Origin: Thermoanaerobaculia bacterium | Lineage (GTDB): Bacteria > Acidobacteriota > Thermoanaerobaculia > UBA5066 | Assembly (NCBI GenBank): GCA_963719225.1 | Contig: CAVRAY010000001.1 | Location: forward strand, 3,200,001 to 3,264,000 | Length of the DNA stretch: 64,000 bases | Reading direction: 5' to 3' | Shown: positions 1 to 10,463 of the stretch, piece by piece | Layout: each line of letters starts with the position of its first letter | How positions within the stretch are numbered: position 1 is the stretch's first letter | Made by a program: the position numbers and the translations under genes | Notes under the pieces: generated by a model | The model's database searches: none | Told to the model about the DNA's origin: nothing | The model's input: only the letters and a program-made list of their open reading frames with translations

Positions 1-624
1 CCCGTCACTTTCCTCGCGGCCGCCCTCGGCCTGTCGCTCGTCGGTTGCGCGACGACGAGCGACGTCGACAAGAAAATTGCGGAATCGCAGGGCAAGACCG
101 ACAAGAAGATCGAGTCGGTCGAGACCCAGGTCGAGCAGCTCCAGGAGGGCCAGAAGGCGACCACGGGCAAGCTGGAGGAGCACGACAAGCAGATCGAGCA
201 GATCGGCCAGTCCGCCAAGGACGCGCTCGCCCGCGCCCAGGAAGCCGGCGTCCTCGCGAAGGGGAAGATCGTTTTCCAGCAGTCCTTCGCGGAAGACCGC
301 GTGCGCTTCAAGATCAATTCCTTCGAGCTGACGAAGGAGGCGAAGTCCGCCCTCGACGAGTTCGCAGCGAAGGTCAAGGGACTCGACAAGGGTGTGTACC
401 TCGAGATCCAGGGCCATACGGACGACACGGGCGGCACGGACTACAACGATCAGCTCGGCCAGCAGCGCGCCGAGGCCGTCCGCCGCTACCTCGCCCGCCA
501 GCACAAGATGCCTCTCGGCCGAATGTCGACGATCTCCTACGGCGACACGCTCCCGGTCGAGACGAACAAGACGGCGCTCGGCCGCTCCAAGAACCGCCGC
601 GTCGTGATCGTCGTGCTCGAGTAG
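1..624 (+). CDS. OmpA-family peptidoglycan-associated lipoprotein (5' truncated by window edge)
   Basis: Frame is open from base 1: PVTFLAAALGLSLVGC lipobox, coiled-coil segment, then an OmpA C-domain (GHTDDTG, NDQLGQQRAEAV, NRRVVI). Confidence 0.9.
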   Translation, partial: PVTFLAAALGLSLVGCATTSDVDKKIAESQGKTDKKIESVETQVEQLQEGQKATTGKLEEHDKQIEQIGQSAKDALARAQEAGVLAKGKIVFQQSFAEDRVRFKINSFELTKEAKSALDEFAAKVKGLDKGVYLEIQGHTDDTGGTDYNDQLGQQRAEAVRRYLARQHKMPLGRMSTISYGDTLPVETNKTALGRSKNRRVVIVVLE

Positions 625-652
625 GAAAAAGAGAAAGCAACGGGGGATTCTG

Positions 653-683
653 CAGCGGGCGCTCACGGGCCCGCTGATTTCTA
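653..683 (+). terminator. Probable intrinsic terminator between convergent genes
   Basis: CAGCGGGC (653-660) / GCCCGCTG (669-676) stem followed by ATTTCT. Confidence 0.5.
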
Positions 684-1610
684 AGAATTCTTTCTCTTCT
701 TTCTTTTCCTCAATTCCTCTAACAGCCTCTGAAAGTCCGCCGGAGGATCCGCGTCGAGCGAGACTTTCTTGCCTTCCGCCGTCGACCAGCCGAGGTGTCC
801 CGCGTGGAGCGCCTGGCGCTGCAGCGACACGGGAAAAGGCGGCTTCTTCGGGTCCCGGTAAACCGGGTCTCCCACGAGGGGATGGCCCGCGCTCGCGAAG
901 TGGACGCGGATCTGGTGCGTGCGGCCGGTCTTGAGGCGGGCCTCGACGAGAGTGGCGAGGCCGAAGCGCTCCATGACGGTCCACTCCGTCACCGCGCGAA
1001 TGCCCGCTTCGCCCGGCTTCGCGACGCCACGACGACGGTCGCCCCGGTCCTCGACGAGATCGCGGTCGAACGTCCCCGCGTCGCCCGCGAGGTCTCCCTC
1101 GACGACCGCGCGGTAGCGCCGCTCCATCGTGTGCGCCCGGAGCTGCGCCTGCAGAGTGATGAGGCCGCGCCGGCTCCGCGCGAACACGAGGATGCCGGAC
1201 GTCTCCTTGTCGAGCCGGTGAACGACGGACACGAACGTCCGGTCCTTTCCTCCGTGCCGCCTCTGCACGTATGCCGAGACCCTGCCGAGAAGAGTGTCCA
1301 CCTCTTTCGCCTCGGTCGGATGCGTGAGGAGCCCGGAAGGCTTCACGACCGCGATGGCGTCGTCGTCCTCGTAGAGAACGGCGAGGGACGTCTGGACGCG
1401 ACGCTCCTTCCGGAGGTTGCGGTCCCACCGCAGCGCCACGTCCCGCGAGATGATCGCTCCCGGGTCGTTCACGACCGTCCCGTCGACGGTCACCTGACCC
1501 TCGAGGACCGCCCGTTTGAGGCGCGTCGCGGACTCTTCGGGATAAATCGTCTGGAGGCGGCGGACGATGCGGAGGCTGCCCTCGGCGTCCGCGGCCGGGC
1601 CGCTCTTCAT
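681..1610 (-). CDS. RluA/RluD-family RNA pseudouridine synthase with S4 domain
   Basis: VVKPSGLLTHP, VHRLDKETSG (catalytic Asp) and TGRTHQIRVH motifs. Start placed at MKSGP (ATG 1610); the longer ORF in the track is a shadow of pepP. Confidence 0.92.
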   Translation of the reverse strand: MKSGPAADAEGSLRIVRRLQTIYPEESATRLKRAVLEGQVTVDGTVVNDPGAIISRDVALRWDRNLRKERRVQTSLAVLYEDDDAIAVVKPSGLLTHPTEAKEVDTLLGRVSAYVQRRHGGKDRTFVSVVHRLDKETSGILVFARSRRGLITLQAQLRAHTMERRYRAVVEGDLAGDAGTFDRDLVEDRGDRRRGVAKPGEAGIRAVTEWTVMERFGLATLVEARLKTGRTHQIRVHFASAGHPLVGDPVYRDPKKPPFPVSLQRQALHAGHLGWSTAEGKKVSLDADPPADFQRLLEELRKRKKRKNS

Positions 1611-1661
1611 CCCGCCATCGTCGCACGAACGGCGCGCGCTCCTCACGCGTAGACTTCCCCC

Positions 1662-2933
1662 ATGACCCGCTCTTTGGTTTTCGCGCGGCGCCGCGCCCGT
1701 TTCTTCGACGGAATGAAGGAGGGGGTCGCGCTGCTCTTCGCGACACCCGAGGCGGCTTACGGCCACGACGTTCATTACCGCTATCGGCCGGATCCGGACC
1801 TCTTCTATCTGACCGGGTTTCCGGAGCCCGAGGCCGCCGCGCTCCTCGACGCGGAGCGCCGGACGCTCACTCTTTTCGTCAGGCCGAAAGACCGCGCGAA
1901 GGAGACCTGGGAAGGCCGCCGCAGCGGTCCCGAAGGGGCCGTACGCGATCATGGAGCGGATCGCGCGTACGCGTTCGGAGAGCTCGCGAAACGCCTCCCC
2001 GACCTCGTCCGGCGCGCGAACGTCCTCCATTACGCCTTCGGCGCCCACGCCGAGGGCGACCGAATCGTCGCCTCTCTTCTCGCGCGATTCCGCCGCGAGG
2101 CCCGAAGCCCCAGGCGCGGACCGTCGGCCGTGGCGGATCCGACGGACCTCCTTCACGCCATGCGCCTCGTGAAGGGGCCGGAGGAGATCGCGCTCATGGA
2201 GCGCTCCGCGGCCATCGCCGTCGCCGCGCACCGGGAAGCGCGCCGCCGCGCGAAGCCCGGCCTCTTCGAATTCCAGCTCGAGGCCGCGATCGACGCGCGA
2301 TTCCGGGCGATGGGCGCGAGCGGGCCCGCCTATCCCACGATCGTCGCGTCCGGGGAGAACGCGACGATCCTGCATTACACGGAGAACCGGCGGCGCATCG
2401 GCGCCGGCGACCTGGTTCTCGTGGACGCGGGCTGCGAGCTCGAGGGGTACGCGTCCGACGTGACGCGCACCTTTCCCGCTTCGGGCCGCTACACACGTCC
2501 GCAGCGGCGGCTCTACGACGCGGTCCTCTCGGCGCAGCGCGCCGCGATCGCGGCCGTCAGGCCAGACGCGGCGTGGGACGCGCCGCACGACGCGGCGCGC
2601 GACGTTCTCCTCGACGCGCTGCTCGAGGCCGGGATCCTCCGCGGCAAGCGCGCGACGCTTCTCAAGAAGAACGCCGTCCAGCGCTTCGCCCTGCACCACA
2701 CGTCGCACTGGCTGGGCCTCGACGTCCACGACCGGGGCCGCTATCGGGACGAGGCCGGAGCCGCGCGGAGACTGGAGCCCGGCATGGTCCTCACCGTCGA
2801 GCCCGGCCTCTACGTCCGCGCCGACGAGACGGGCGCGCCGAAGGAGTACCGCGGGCTGGGCGTCCGTCTTGAGGACGACGTCCTCGTGACGGAGACGGGC
2901 TCGCGCGTCCTGACCGAAGGCGCCCCGAAGTAG
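1662..2933 (+). CDS. pepP: Xaa-Pro aminopeptidase (M24B)
   Basis: AMP_N domain (YRPDPDLFYLTGFPEP); metal ligands in DAG, SDVTRT, HWLGLDVHD, TVEPGLY, RLEDD. Confidence 0.92.
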   Translation: MTRSLVFARRRARFFDGMKEGVALLFATPEAAYGHDVHYRYRPDPDLFYLTGFPEPEAAALLDAERRTLTLFVRPKDRAKETWEGRRSGPEGAVRDHGADRAYAFGELAKRLPDLVRRANVLHYAFGAHAEGDRIVASLLARFRREARSPRRGPSAVADPTDLLHAMRLVKGPEEIALMERSAAIAVAAHREARRRAKPGLFEFQLEAAIDARFRAMGASGPAYPTIVASGENATILHYTENRRRIGAGDLVLVDAGCELEGYASDVTRTFPASGRYTRPQRRLYDAVLSAQRAAIAAVRPDAAWDAPHDAARDVLLDALLEAGILRGKRATLLKKNAVQRFALHHTSHWLGLDVHDRGRYRDEAGAARRLEPGMVLTVEPGLYVRADETGAPKEYRGLGVRLEDDVLVTETGSRVLTEGAPK

Positions 2934-2934
2934 G

Positions 2935-4209
2935 TCATCTCGCCGGCAACCGCGCGGGCTCGGCCCAGACGTCCTTCCTCAGCTCCGTCGCGACGCCTCC
3001 GCGGTTCTCGAGCAGCGCCCGCGCGGAAAACAGAATGTGCCCCGAGGCTCCGACCTGCGCGCGCGTGCGGCGGATCTGCTCGGCAATCTCGGCCGCCGGC
3101 CAGCCCTTCCCTTCCTCGCCCACCCGGCTCGCGGCGAGGCCGGGCCAGAGGAGACGTCCCTGGGTGTTCTGTCCCGCCCACCACGCGAGGAGCGCGGGGA
3201 AGCTCTGCTCCCTCTGGTCGATCGGCCAGTAGAGCTGCGGCGCGAGATAGTCCACCCAGCCGCGCTGGAGCCACGTGCGCGCGTCAGCCGAGATCTCCTC
3301 GTACGCGTCGAATCCCTTGACCTGCGCCGGCCGCCCGGGCCGCCAGATCCCGAAAGGGCTGATCCCCACACGCACGTTCGGCTTCAGCGCCTTCACGTCG
3401 TCGTGAAGGTTCTTGACGAACTTGTTCACGTTCCAGCGGCGCCAGTCTTCGTGGCCGAGAGCGCCGCCGGAAGCGACATACGCGGCGAAGCTCCGCTCGT
3501 CCGGAAAGTCCACGGCATTCCCGGCCGCGTTCTTCTCCGGATAGGGGTAGAAATAATCGTCGAGGTGGATGCCGTCCACGTCGTAACGCCGTACCACGTC
3601 GAGGATCACGGCGCGTGCGTGCGCCGCGACGTCCTCCTCGCCGGGGTCCATCCAGAGCTGCTTCCCGTAGGCTCTCACGAGGTCCGGACGCCGGCGTGAG
3701 ACATGAGCCGGCGCCGCAGGCGAGATCGGGCTCGCCGTCCGCGCGCGATAGGGATTGAACCAGGCGTGAAGCTCCATCCCGCGGCCGTGAGCGCTCTCGA
3801 TTGCGAAGGCGAGCGGGTCCCAGAGCGGCTCCGGTGGAACGCCCTGGGTGCCGCTCAGCACCTCGGACCAGGGCTCGAGCGCGGACGGATAGAGTGCGTC
3901 GGCGGCGGGCCGCACCTGGAAGATCACCGCGTTCGCGTTCAAGGCCGCGAGGGTGTCGAGAAGGGTGGTGAGCTCCTGTTTCTGTCGTGACGTCGACAGG
4001 CCGGGTGCCGATGGCCAGTCGAGATTTCCGACCGTCGCCACCCAGACGCCGCGAAGCTCCTGGCACGCCGCGGTGCGCGCGGGAGGGGGCGTTCGCTTTA
4101 CGGCCGGCACGACCGACACCGGGACGGGCGCAGGAGCCGGCGCCCCGCAGCCGGCCAAGAGCACGGGCGCGAACGTCGCCGAAAGCCTGAGTGCCCTGGA
4201 GATCTTCAT
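2935..4209 (-). CDS. Glycosyl hydrolase-like family 10 (YddW/DigH-type) lipoprotein
   Basis: Lipobox LLAGC; ELRGVWVATV, FQVRPAADALYPS, LHAWFNPYR, YDVDGIHLDDYFYP, DYLAPQLYW. Confidence 0.9.
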   Translation of the reverse strand: MKISRALRLSATFAPVLLAGCGAPAPAPVPVSVVPAVKRTPPPARTAACQELRGVWVATVGNLDWPSAPGLSTSRQKQELTTLLDTLAALNANAVIFQVRPAADALYPSALEPWSEVLSGTQGVPPEPLWDPLAFAIESAHGRGMELHAWFNPYRARTASPISPAAPAHVSRRRPDLVRAYGKQLWMDPGEEDVAAHARAVILDVVRRYDVDGIHLDDYFYPYPEKNAAGNAVDFPDERSFAAYVASGGALGHEDWRRWNVNKFVKNLHDDVKALKPNVRVGISPFGIWRPGRPAQVKGFDAYEEISADARTWLQRGWVDYLAPQLYWPIDQREQSFPALLAWWAGQNTQGRLLWPGLAASRVGEEGKGWPAAEIAEQIRRTRAQVGASGHILFSARALLENRGGVATELRKDVWAEPARLPAR

Positions 4210-4213
4210 GGTC

Positions 4214-5734
4214 TCAACGTTGAAGTTGCCGGAGCCGCGTGGGACCGCCCTCCCGCGCGGCGTCGGAAGGCAGCCATTCTCGGACGACTCCGTCGTCCGT
4301 CACGAGACACTGCGGCCCCGGCATCGAGCGCAGCCGGGCCGACAGCGTCCGGTTGCGATCAGGGCTGTGATAAGGAATGAACCGGACGCGCTCGTCGCTC
4401 AGGAACTGGAGTACGTAGGCCGTGTCGTAGCCGCCGTGGCAGACCGTATAGCCTCCCTCGGCGATCTTCCCGAGTGGTGCCCGGAGGTCGGGCTCGGAGA
4501 GAATTCCGGCGACGACGGCCCGGGCCTGCCGCGCCAGAAAAACCACGAGAAAGAGGGCGAGCCCCGAGGAGGCGAGCGCGAGGAACCAGGCCGGGATCCT
4601 GCGCCGCAGGCGACTCACGGTTTCGGCGAAGATGACGATGAGGAGCACGAGCGCGGCCGGGAGGGCGGGCGTCAGGAACCGAAGCTGGGACGATGTGATG
4701 TCCTTGAGGAGGAAGACTGCCGTTCCCAGCGCGACGATCGCCACCACGAGATCGAGACCTTCGAGCCTCGGCTCCTCCGTCCGGAGAGGAAGCTTCTCGC
4801 GGCGCACATACACGACGACGAGAAGGGTGACGAAGGCGAAGGCGACCGCAGCGAGAAACAGCGGCGGCACGAGACCTTCGAGCCCGACGATTCGCCAGGA
4901 ATCCGTTCCGAAGAACTGAACGAGGCGGGCGAGGCTGCCGGAACGGCGCCACACCGGCACGACGGGACCGAGGGACGGCTCGTACCACCCCGCGAGACGC
5001 CCCATCCAAACAGGTGCGTAGCCGACCACGAAGCCCGCGAGCACGAGGACGATGAAGCGCGCCCCGTTTCGCCAGCAGCGAAAGAGGACGAGCGAAGCTA
5101 CCGGCACCAGGACGAAGACGATCGTCTGGTTCATCCACCAGCCGATTCCCGCGAGAAGCCCGAAAAGGAAGTGTCCGACGGGGCGGTCCAAGAAGGGACG
5201 GGGCCGCGTCAGAGCTCCGGTGGCCAGGAAGAACAGCACGGATGCCAGCGCGAACGCCATCTCGGGCCCCAGTTCGCTCCCGTGTACGGCGGACAGGCGG
5301 ATGAGGTGAGGCGGACCGATCGCAAGCCAGAGACCGGCGGCCGTCGCGATCACGCGACCGAAGAGTCTCGTCAGCCCCTGGACGAAGAGACAAATGCCGA
5401 AAGCAAGCTCGCTCATGCTGGCAAGACGCAGCGAAATCGGGCCGCCCTCGGCTCCGACGCCAGCAGGATCCAGGATCGCCCTGCGGATGACAGCGGCAAG
5501 AGCGGGCGTCAACGGCCCCTGGTAGTTCTGGCCCCAGAAGAAGACGTCGAAGCCCTTGCCGTCGTGGATCTTCTTGGCCATCAGGCCGAAGATCGCGCTG
5601 TCCCCGTTCCAGCCGCGAAAGGCGGCTTCCTTCGTGAGGAGCGGGAGCCGGACGAGGACGAAGACGGCGAGGATCGCTCCGATCGACGCCGTGCTCCAGG
5701 CCGCCGACGTCCAGTCCTTTCCTCGAGACGACAC
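4214..5734 (-). CDS. Polytopic membrane protein, probable GT-C (ArnT/PMT-like) glycosyltransferase
   Basis: Many hydrophobic helices; WNGDSAIFGLMA..FFWGQNYQG first loop resembles GT-C acidic-loop families. Confidence 0.6.
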   Translation of the reverse strand: MSSRGKDWTSAAWSTASIGAILAVFVLVRLPLLTKEAAFRGWNGDSAIFGLMAKKIHDGKGFDVFFWGQNYQGPLTPALAAVIRRAILDPAGVGAEGGPISLRLASMSELAFGICLFVQGLTRLFGRVIATAAGLWLAIGPPHLIRLSAVHGSELGPEMAFALASVLFFLATGALTRPRPFLDRPVGHFLFGLLAGIGWWMNQTIVFVLVPVASLVLFRCWRNGARFIVLVLAGFVVGYAPVWMGRLAGWYEPSLGPVVPVWRRSGSLARLVQFFGTDSWRIVGLEGLVPPLFLAAVAFAFVTLLVVVYVRREKLPLRTEEPRLEGLDLVVAIVALGTAVFLLKDITSSQLRFLTPALPAALVLLIVIFAETVSRLRRRIPAWFLALASSGLALFLVVFLARQARAVVAGILSEPDLRAPLGKIAEGGYTVCHGGYDTAYVLQFLSDERVRFIPYHSPDRNRTLSARLRSMPGPQCLVTDDGVVREWLPSDAAREGGPTRLRQLQR

Positions 5735-5750
5735 GTCCCGCGGCGGCCTT

Positions 5751-7886
5751 CTACTTCGCGATTCCGAGCTGCGCGAGGACGAACGCCGTGGAGAACGCGG
5801 CCTCGTGCAGGCTGTCGTAACGGCCCGAGGCGCCGCCGTGTCCCGCAGCCATGTTCGTCTTCAACAGGAGCTCTCTCGCGTCGGTCTTCAGCGTCCTGAG
5901 GCGCGCCACGTACTTCGCGGGCTCGTGGTAGAAGACCTGGCTGTCGTTGAACGATGTCATGACGAGCATCGCGGGATAAGGGCCCTTCTTGAGGTTGTCG
6001 TACGGGCTGTAGGTCTTGATGTACTCGTACTCGTCCTTCTTTGCGGGGTTTCCCCATTCCTCGTATTCGCCCGCCGTCAGGGGGAGCGTCGAGTCGCTCA
6101 TCGTGTTGAGGACGTCGACGAAAGGCACCTTCGCGACGACGGCATGGAAGAGGTCGGGGCGCATGTTCGTGACCGCGCCCATGAGGAGGCCGCCCGCGCT
6201 TCCGCCCTCGATGACGAGCCGGTCTTTTGCCGTGATCTTCTGCGCGACGAGAGATTCCGCGGCCGCGATGAAGTCGGTGAATGTGTTCTTCTTCTTGAGC
6301 ATCTTCCCGTCGTCGTGCCACTTCTTCCCCATCTCCCCGCCGCCGCGGATGTGCGCGACGGCGATGATGGCGCCTCGATCCAGGAGAGGAAGGCGGTTCG
6401 AGGAAAACGTGATGGGGTACGACAAGCCATAGGAGCCGTAGCCGTTCAACCAGGTTGGAAACGGGCCGTCCTTGAGCGAGCGGGTCCTGCCGTCGGCCGT
6501 CTTCGAACGCCAGACGAGCGAGATCGGAATTTTCGTGCCGTCCGACGCCGTCGCCCAGAGGCGCTCCGACTTGTAGAGCGTTCGGTCGTATCCGGGGACC
6601 TCCTGTTCCTTGAGGAGCTTCGCGGTCTTCGCGTCCATGTCGTAATCGAAGACGGAGTTCGGCGTGACGAAAGACTGATAGCTGTACCGGAACAGCTTCG
6701 TGGCGAAGACGCGGTTCGTCTCGCTGAACGCCGAGTACACCGGTTCGGGGAACGCGACGACGTGCGAGGAATGCGTCGTGAGATTCGTGATGGTGAAGCG
6801 CGGAAGCCCGTTCGACCTCTCGTGGAGGACGAGGTGGTTCGCGAAGAGATCGACGTCCTCGAGCATCACGTCGGCCCGATGCGGGACGATCTCCTTCCAG
6901 TTCGCCCGGCCGGGCGCGGTGACGGGCGCGGTGACGAGCCGGAAATTACGGCCTCCGGAGTTCGTCCGGATGTAGAAGAGATCGCCGCGGTGGTCCACTT
7001 CGTACTCGTGCTCCTGCTCGCGCGGGGCAACGAGCGTCCATTCGCCCGTCGGCGCGTCGGACTTCAGGACGCGGTCTTCGGACGTCGTATGGCTGTGCGC
7101 CGAAAGGACGAGCCACGCACGGCTCCGCGTCCGGCCGATGTACGCGTTGAAGCGCTCGTCTTTCTCCTCGTAAACGAGGACGTCGGCGCTCTGTGGCTCG
7201 AGGAGGCGGTGGCGGTAGATCCGGTACGGGCGCTTCGCGGAGTCCTCGACTCCGTAGAAGATCGTCATGTTGTCCGCCGCCCAGACGGCGCTCGTCGTCT
7301 TCTCGATCCGCTCGGGCCAGAGAGCGTTCGCGCGGAGGTCCTTGATGAAGAGCGTGTACTGGCGGAAACCCGTGTTGTCCGTCGAGTAGGCGAGGAGGTT
7401 TCCGTCGTCGCTCACGGCGTACCGTCCGAGGCCCATGAACTTCTGGCCCTTCGCGAGCTCGTTCAGGTCGAGGGTGACCTGCTCGGGTCCGTCGGGGAAC
7501 TTCTTCCGGCAGTAGATGCGGTACTGCTTCCCCTTCTCGGTCCGGAAGTAATACAGCCAGTCGCCTTCGCGGTACGGCACGGAGAGATCCGTCTCCTTGA
7601 TGTGCGAGAGCATCTCCGCATACAGGGCGTCCTGAAGCGGCTGAAGCGGTTTCATGACGGCGGCCGTGTACGCGTTCTCGGCCTCGAGGTAGGCGGCGAC
7701 TTCCGGTTTCGGCTTGTCCCGCAGCCAGAAATAGGGATCGGGTCGCGCTTCGCCGTGCAGCGTCACGACCTTCTCGATGCGGCCGGCCACGGGCGGCGCC
7801 GGCGCGGGCTCCGCGACGGATTCGGCAAGGGCGGGGCGGGTGGTTGGTGTCATGGCGAGAACCATGAGGAGGGACGTGAATCGCAT
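5751..7886 (-). CDS. ptrB: Oligopeptidase B (S9A) with signal peptide
   Basis: DPYFWLRD, GYGSYG, HIRGGGEMG, GGSAGG nucleophile elbow, AGHGGASGRY. Confidence 0.93.
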   Translation of the reverse strand: MRFTSLLMVLAMTPTTRPALAESVAEPAPAPPVAGRIEKVVTLHGEARPDPYFWLRDKPKPEVAAYLEAENAYTAAVMKPLQPLQDALYAEMLSHIKETDLSVPYREGDWLYYFRTEKGKQYRIYCRKKFPDGPEQVTLDLNELAKGQKFMGLGRYAVSDDGNLLAYSTDNTGFRQYTLFIKDLRANALWPERIEKTTSAVWAADNMTIFYGVEDSAKRPYRIYRHRLLEPQSADVLVYEEKDERFNAYIGRTRSRAWLVLSAHSHTTSEDRVLKSDAPTGEWTLVAPREQEHEYEVDHRGDLFYIRTNSGGRNFRLVTAPVTAPGRANWKEIVPHRADVMLEDVDLFANHLVLHERSNGLPRFTITNLTTHSSHVVAFPEPVYSAFSETNRVFATKLFRYSYQSFVTPNSVFDYDMDAKTAKLLKEQEVPGYDRTLYKSERLWATASDGTKIPISLVWRSKTADGRTRSLKDGPFPTWLNGYGSYGLSYPITFSSNRLPLLDRGAIIAVAHIRGGGEMGKKWHDDGKMLKKKNTFTDFIAAAESLVAQKITAKDRLVIEGGSAGGLLMGAVTNMRPDLFHAVVAKVPFVDVLNTMSDSTLPLTAGEYEEWGNPAKKDEYEYIKTYSPYDNLKKGPYPAMLVMTSFNDSQVFYHEPAKYVARLRTLKTDARELLLKTNMAAGHGGASGRYDSLHEAAFSTAFVLAQLGIAK

Positions 7887-7950
7887 GCGTCCTCCGTGCT
7901 CGGACGTGACAGATTACCCCAACCGGGGACTCGCGAGTCGCCGCGACCTT

Positions 7951-8238
7951 TCAGGCGCCGGGAAGGCCGCGGATCTGGAGCTCCATGGCCTCGAGCCCGT
8001 CCAGTACCCGGAGGGTCTGCACGCAGCGGTCGCACTCGCCCGGAGCCTGAGGGCACGGTTTTTCGGGGCAGTACGGCTCTCGCGCCGCCTCGAGGAGCGC
8101 CGCGACCACCGTCTTCACCCGTCCGCGAATCGCCGACGGCGAGCTTTCACGCAGGAGACGAATGAGCGCCATTTCCGCGGGGCTGAGCATGGCGACGACG
8201 GGCTGGTTCACGGCATCCTCCCTTGGCGTCTCGATCAT
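7951..8238 (-). CDS. Small hypothetical protein with Cys cluster (about 95 aa)
   Basis: MIETPREDAV...YCPEKPCPQAPGECDRC...; fills the gap between co-directional genes. Confidence 0.5.
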   Translation of the reverse strand: MIETPREDAVNQPVVAMLSPAEMALIRLLRESSPSAIRGRVKTVVAALLEAAREPYCPEKPCPQAPGECDRCVQTLRVLDGLEAMELQIRGLPGA

Positions 8239-8276
8239 CGAATGAGACTCGTCTCGACGTAAGAGAAGCAGATGAA

Positions 8277-9452
8277 TCAGTACGAGCTGCTCGCGCCCCC
8301 GCCCCCGAAGCTCCCTCCTCCGCCCTGGTAGCCCGGCTCGGCCGGCGGGGCTCCGGGGGCATGCGCCGCCACGACGGGCACCAGCTCGAACGCACGAAGC
8401 CGGCGTTCGTCGGCGAACAGCGGCTCGGCCGTGAAACCGCGTCGCTCCTTGCCGGAGCTTCTCGCGAGCCAGCGGTGGCAGCCGAGAGCGAGGAGGAGCA
8501 GGCCGGCGCCCGCGAGGATCAGGAGGAGCCACGTCGCCGCGAGATGGACGTAGAACCGGAGCGTGAGAAGAGAGAGAGCCGTCAGGACGAGTCCGATGTC
8601 GAGCGCGAACACCCGGCGTGACCGGATTCCCCAGAAGACGATCGCGAGCGGAACGAGCGCCGTCAGCACGATCGACTCGATCCTCTCGCCGAAGCGCGGA
8701 CCGGGAGAGTCGGACCCCGCGCTCCCGAGCCCTTCGACGAGCCGATGATCGAGCCCGTACAGGTTCACCGCGGCATACACCGCCACGAGTCCGACGGCGA
8801 CGAGAACGGCCGCGCCCCTTCGATGGGAAGGCGGCGGCTTCGGACGGTCCATGAGTCGCTCGAAGGCGAACGTCATCGCGACGCCGCCGGCGATCCAAAG
8901 GACACGTCCCAGGGGCGCACGCGCCAGAAGGAGAAAGAACGAGATCCCGGCGAAGCCGGCGTAGACCGGGCTGCCCCAGCGCCACGCGGCGAGCGCCCAG
9001 AGAGCGAGCGAGGCGACGACGAGGAACGTCACGCCGCTTTTCTCGCGAACCTTCAACGTTTCCTCGAGGAAGAGGAAGAGGCCGACGAGCAGGAAGAGAA
9101 TTCCCCAGAAGCCGGTCGCGCCCGCCCCGCCGCGGAGGGCGAAGCGCGGCGAAGTCTCCTGCGCTTCCGTGGCGACGAGACACGCCGCCCCGAAGAAGAG
9201 CAGGAGGGCCGTGATGGTGCCGATCCCGCCGCGCGTGCCGAATGCACATGCTCCGAGAAGGAGGAGCACCGCCAGGGAGGCGAAGACGAACACGAGGACG
9301 CGCCAAAGCAGCGCGGGCAAGGCTCTCGGCTCGGGATACCTTCGAAGGATTTCTTCGAAGGTGCCCGCGCCGATCGCGCCGCCTCTCTTCCAGCCGCAGG
9401 CGGCGGCGCGGACCTCCTCGACGCGCTCGGCCTCGGTCCAGGCCCGTTTCAT
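8277..9452 (-). CDS. Multi-pass membrane protein with Gly-rich C-tail (DUF2157-associated)
   Basis: Start MKRAWTEAERVEEV overlaps the upstream stop (ATGA); about 10 hydrophobic segments; GGGGSFGGGGASSSY tail. Confidence 0.75.
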   Translation of the reverse strand: MKRAWTEAERVEEVRAAACGWKRGGAIGAGTFEEILRRYPEPRALPALLWRVLVFVFASLAVLLLLGACAFGTRGGIGTITALLLFFGAACLVATEAQETSPRFALRGGAGATGFWGILFLLVGLFLFLEETLKVREKSGVTFLVVASLALWALAAWRWGSPVYAGFAGISFFLLLARAPLGRVLWIAGGVAMTFAFERLMDRPKPPPSHRRGAAVLVAVGLVAVYAAVNLYGLDHRLVEGLGSAGSDSPGPRFGERIESIVLTALVPLAIVFWGIRSRRVFALDIGLVLTALSLLTLRFYVHLAATWLLLILAGAGLLLLALGCHRWLARSSGKERRGFTAEPLFADERRLRAFELVPVVAAHAPGAPPAEPGYQGGGGSFGGGGASSSY

Positions 9453-10417
9453 GGAATCTTCATCTTCCGATGCGCCGCGACGATGAGAACCAGCGCGCCA
9501 GCGGCCGTCATCGCCGAAATCAGGAGAGCCCCTTCCGGCGCTGCGCCGGAGCCCTCGAAGACCGGCCTTTGAAGGCCCAGCCAGATCGCGACGGCCGCGA
9601 GAGCGAACGGCACCGTACGGGCGTTGCGGAACGCCGCGAACGCGACGGCGGAAGAGACGAGAAGGAGAGCGAGAAGCCATGCCCCCCAGCCCTCTCCCCG
9701 TTTCACGAAGACACCCGACAGGAGGCCGCCGAACGCCAGGAGGAGTCCCGCGTCCACGTACACACCCTCGAAGTGCGGCTTCTTTTCCGCCCGCGCCGAC
9801 ACGAGGCCGATGACGACGAAGAGCACGCCCGTGAAGAGCGCCTCGACGCGGAGGCGCGCGGGATCGCCCGCGCCGAGAGAGGTCCTCTCGAGGCTGACCG
9901 AGATTCCCCGCCAAGCGGCGAACGATGCGAGCGCGAGCGACAGCAGCATTCTCGAATCGAACCGGTAGGCGAGGAGACCGTAGAAGACGGCGACGACGAG
10001 GAGGTGCCAGGGCCAGGCGGGTCCGAGCAGCGCGAACCGGGTCTCGAGGTACGCGAGGTCCGTCGCGGCGAGAAGCGCGCCGAGAAGCAGGACGTAGTCG
10101 AACCCCGCGTGCGCGGAGGTCGTCTCGCTCCAGGCGAAAGGCGCGGAACGACGCACGGCCCAGGCGAGGCATGCGGCCGCCCCGAGGCCGATCGCGACGC
10201 CGATCGCCGCCGGGCCGATCCGCTCGTGGTTCTCCTTGACGAACAGGCCGACCCCCGTCGCCAGAAGGAGGACGCCCAGGTAGAGCGCGGCACGAATCTC
10301 CTGCCGCACGGAGACGAGCTCCCGCCGCGCGACGCGCCCGAAGAGAGCCGACGCGCGCTCTCCGAGGACGCCCTCCTCGCCAAGGCGCTCGACGGCGGCG
10401 GCCACGTCCGGATTCAT
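9449..10417 (-). CDS. DUF2157-type membrane protein
   Basis: ELVSVRQEIRAALYLGVLLLATGVG and YRFDSRMLLSLAL; many TM helices. Confidence 0.75.
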   Translation of the reverse strand: MNPDVAAAVERLGEEGVLGERASALFGRVARRELVSVRQEIRAALYLGVLLLATGVGLFVKENHERIGPAAIGVAIGLGAAACLAWAVRRSAPFAWSETTSAHAGFDYVLLLGALLAATDLAYLETRFALLGPAWPWHLLVVAVFYGLLAYRFDSRMLLSLALASFAAWRGISVSLERTSLGAGDPARLRVEALFTGVLFVVIGLVSARAEKKPHFEGVYVDAGLLLAFGGLLSGVFVKRGEGWGAWLLALLLVSSAVAFAAFRNARTVPFALAAVAIWLGLQRPVFEGSGAAPEGALLISAMTAAGALVLIVAAHRKMKIP

Positions 10418-10463
10418 CGGTTGATCCTGTCAGACCCTTCGCGGCCGGGCCGCGTGGGCGAGT

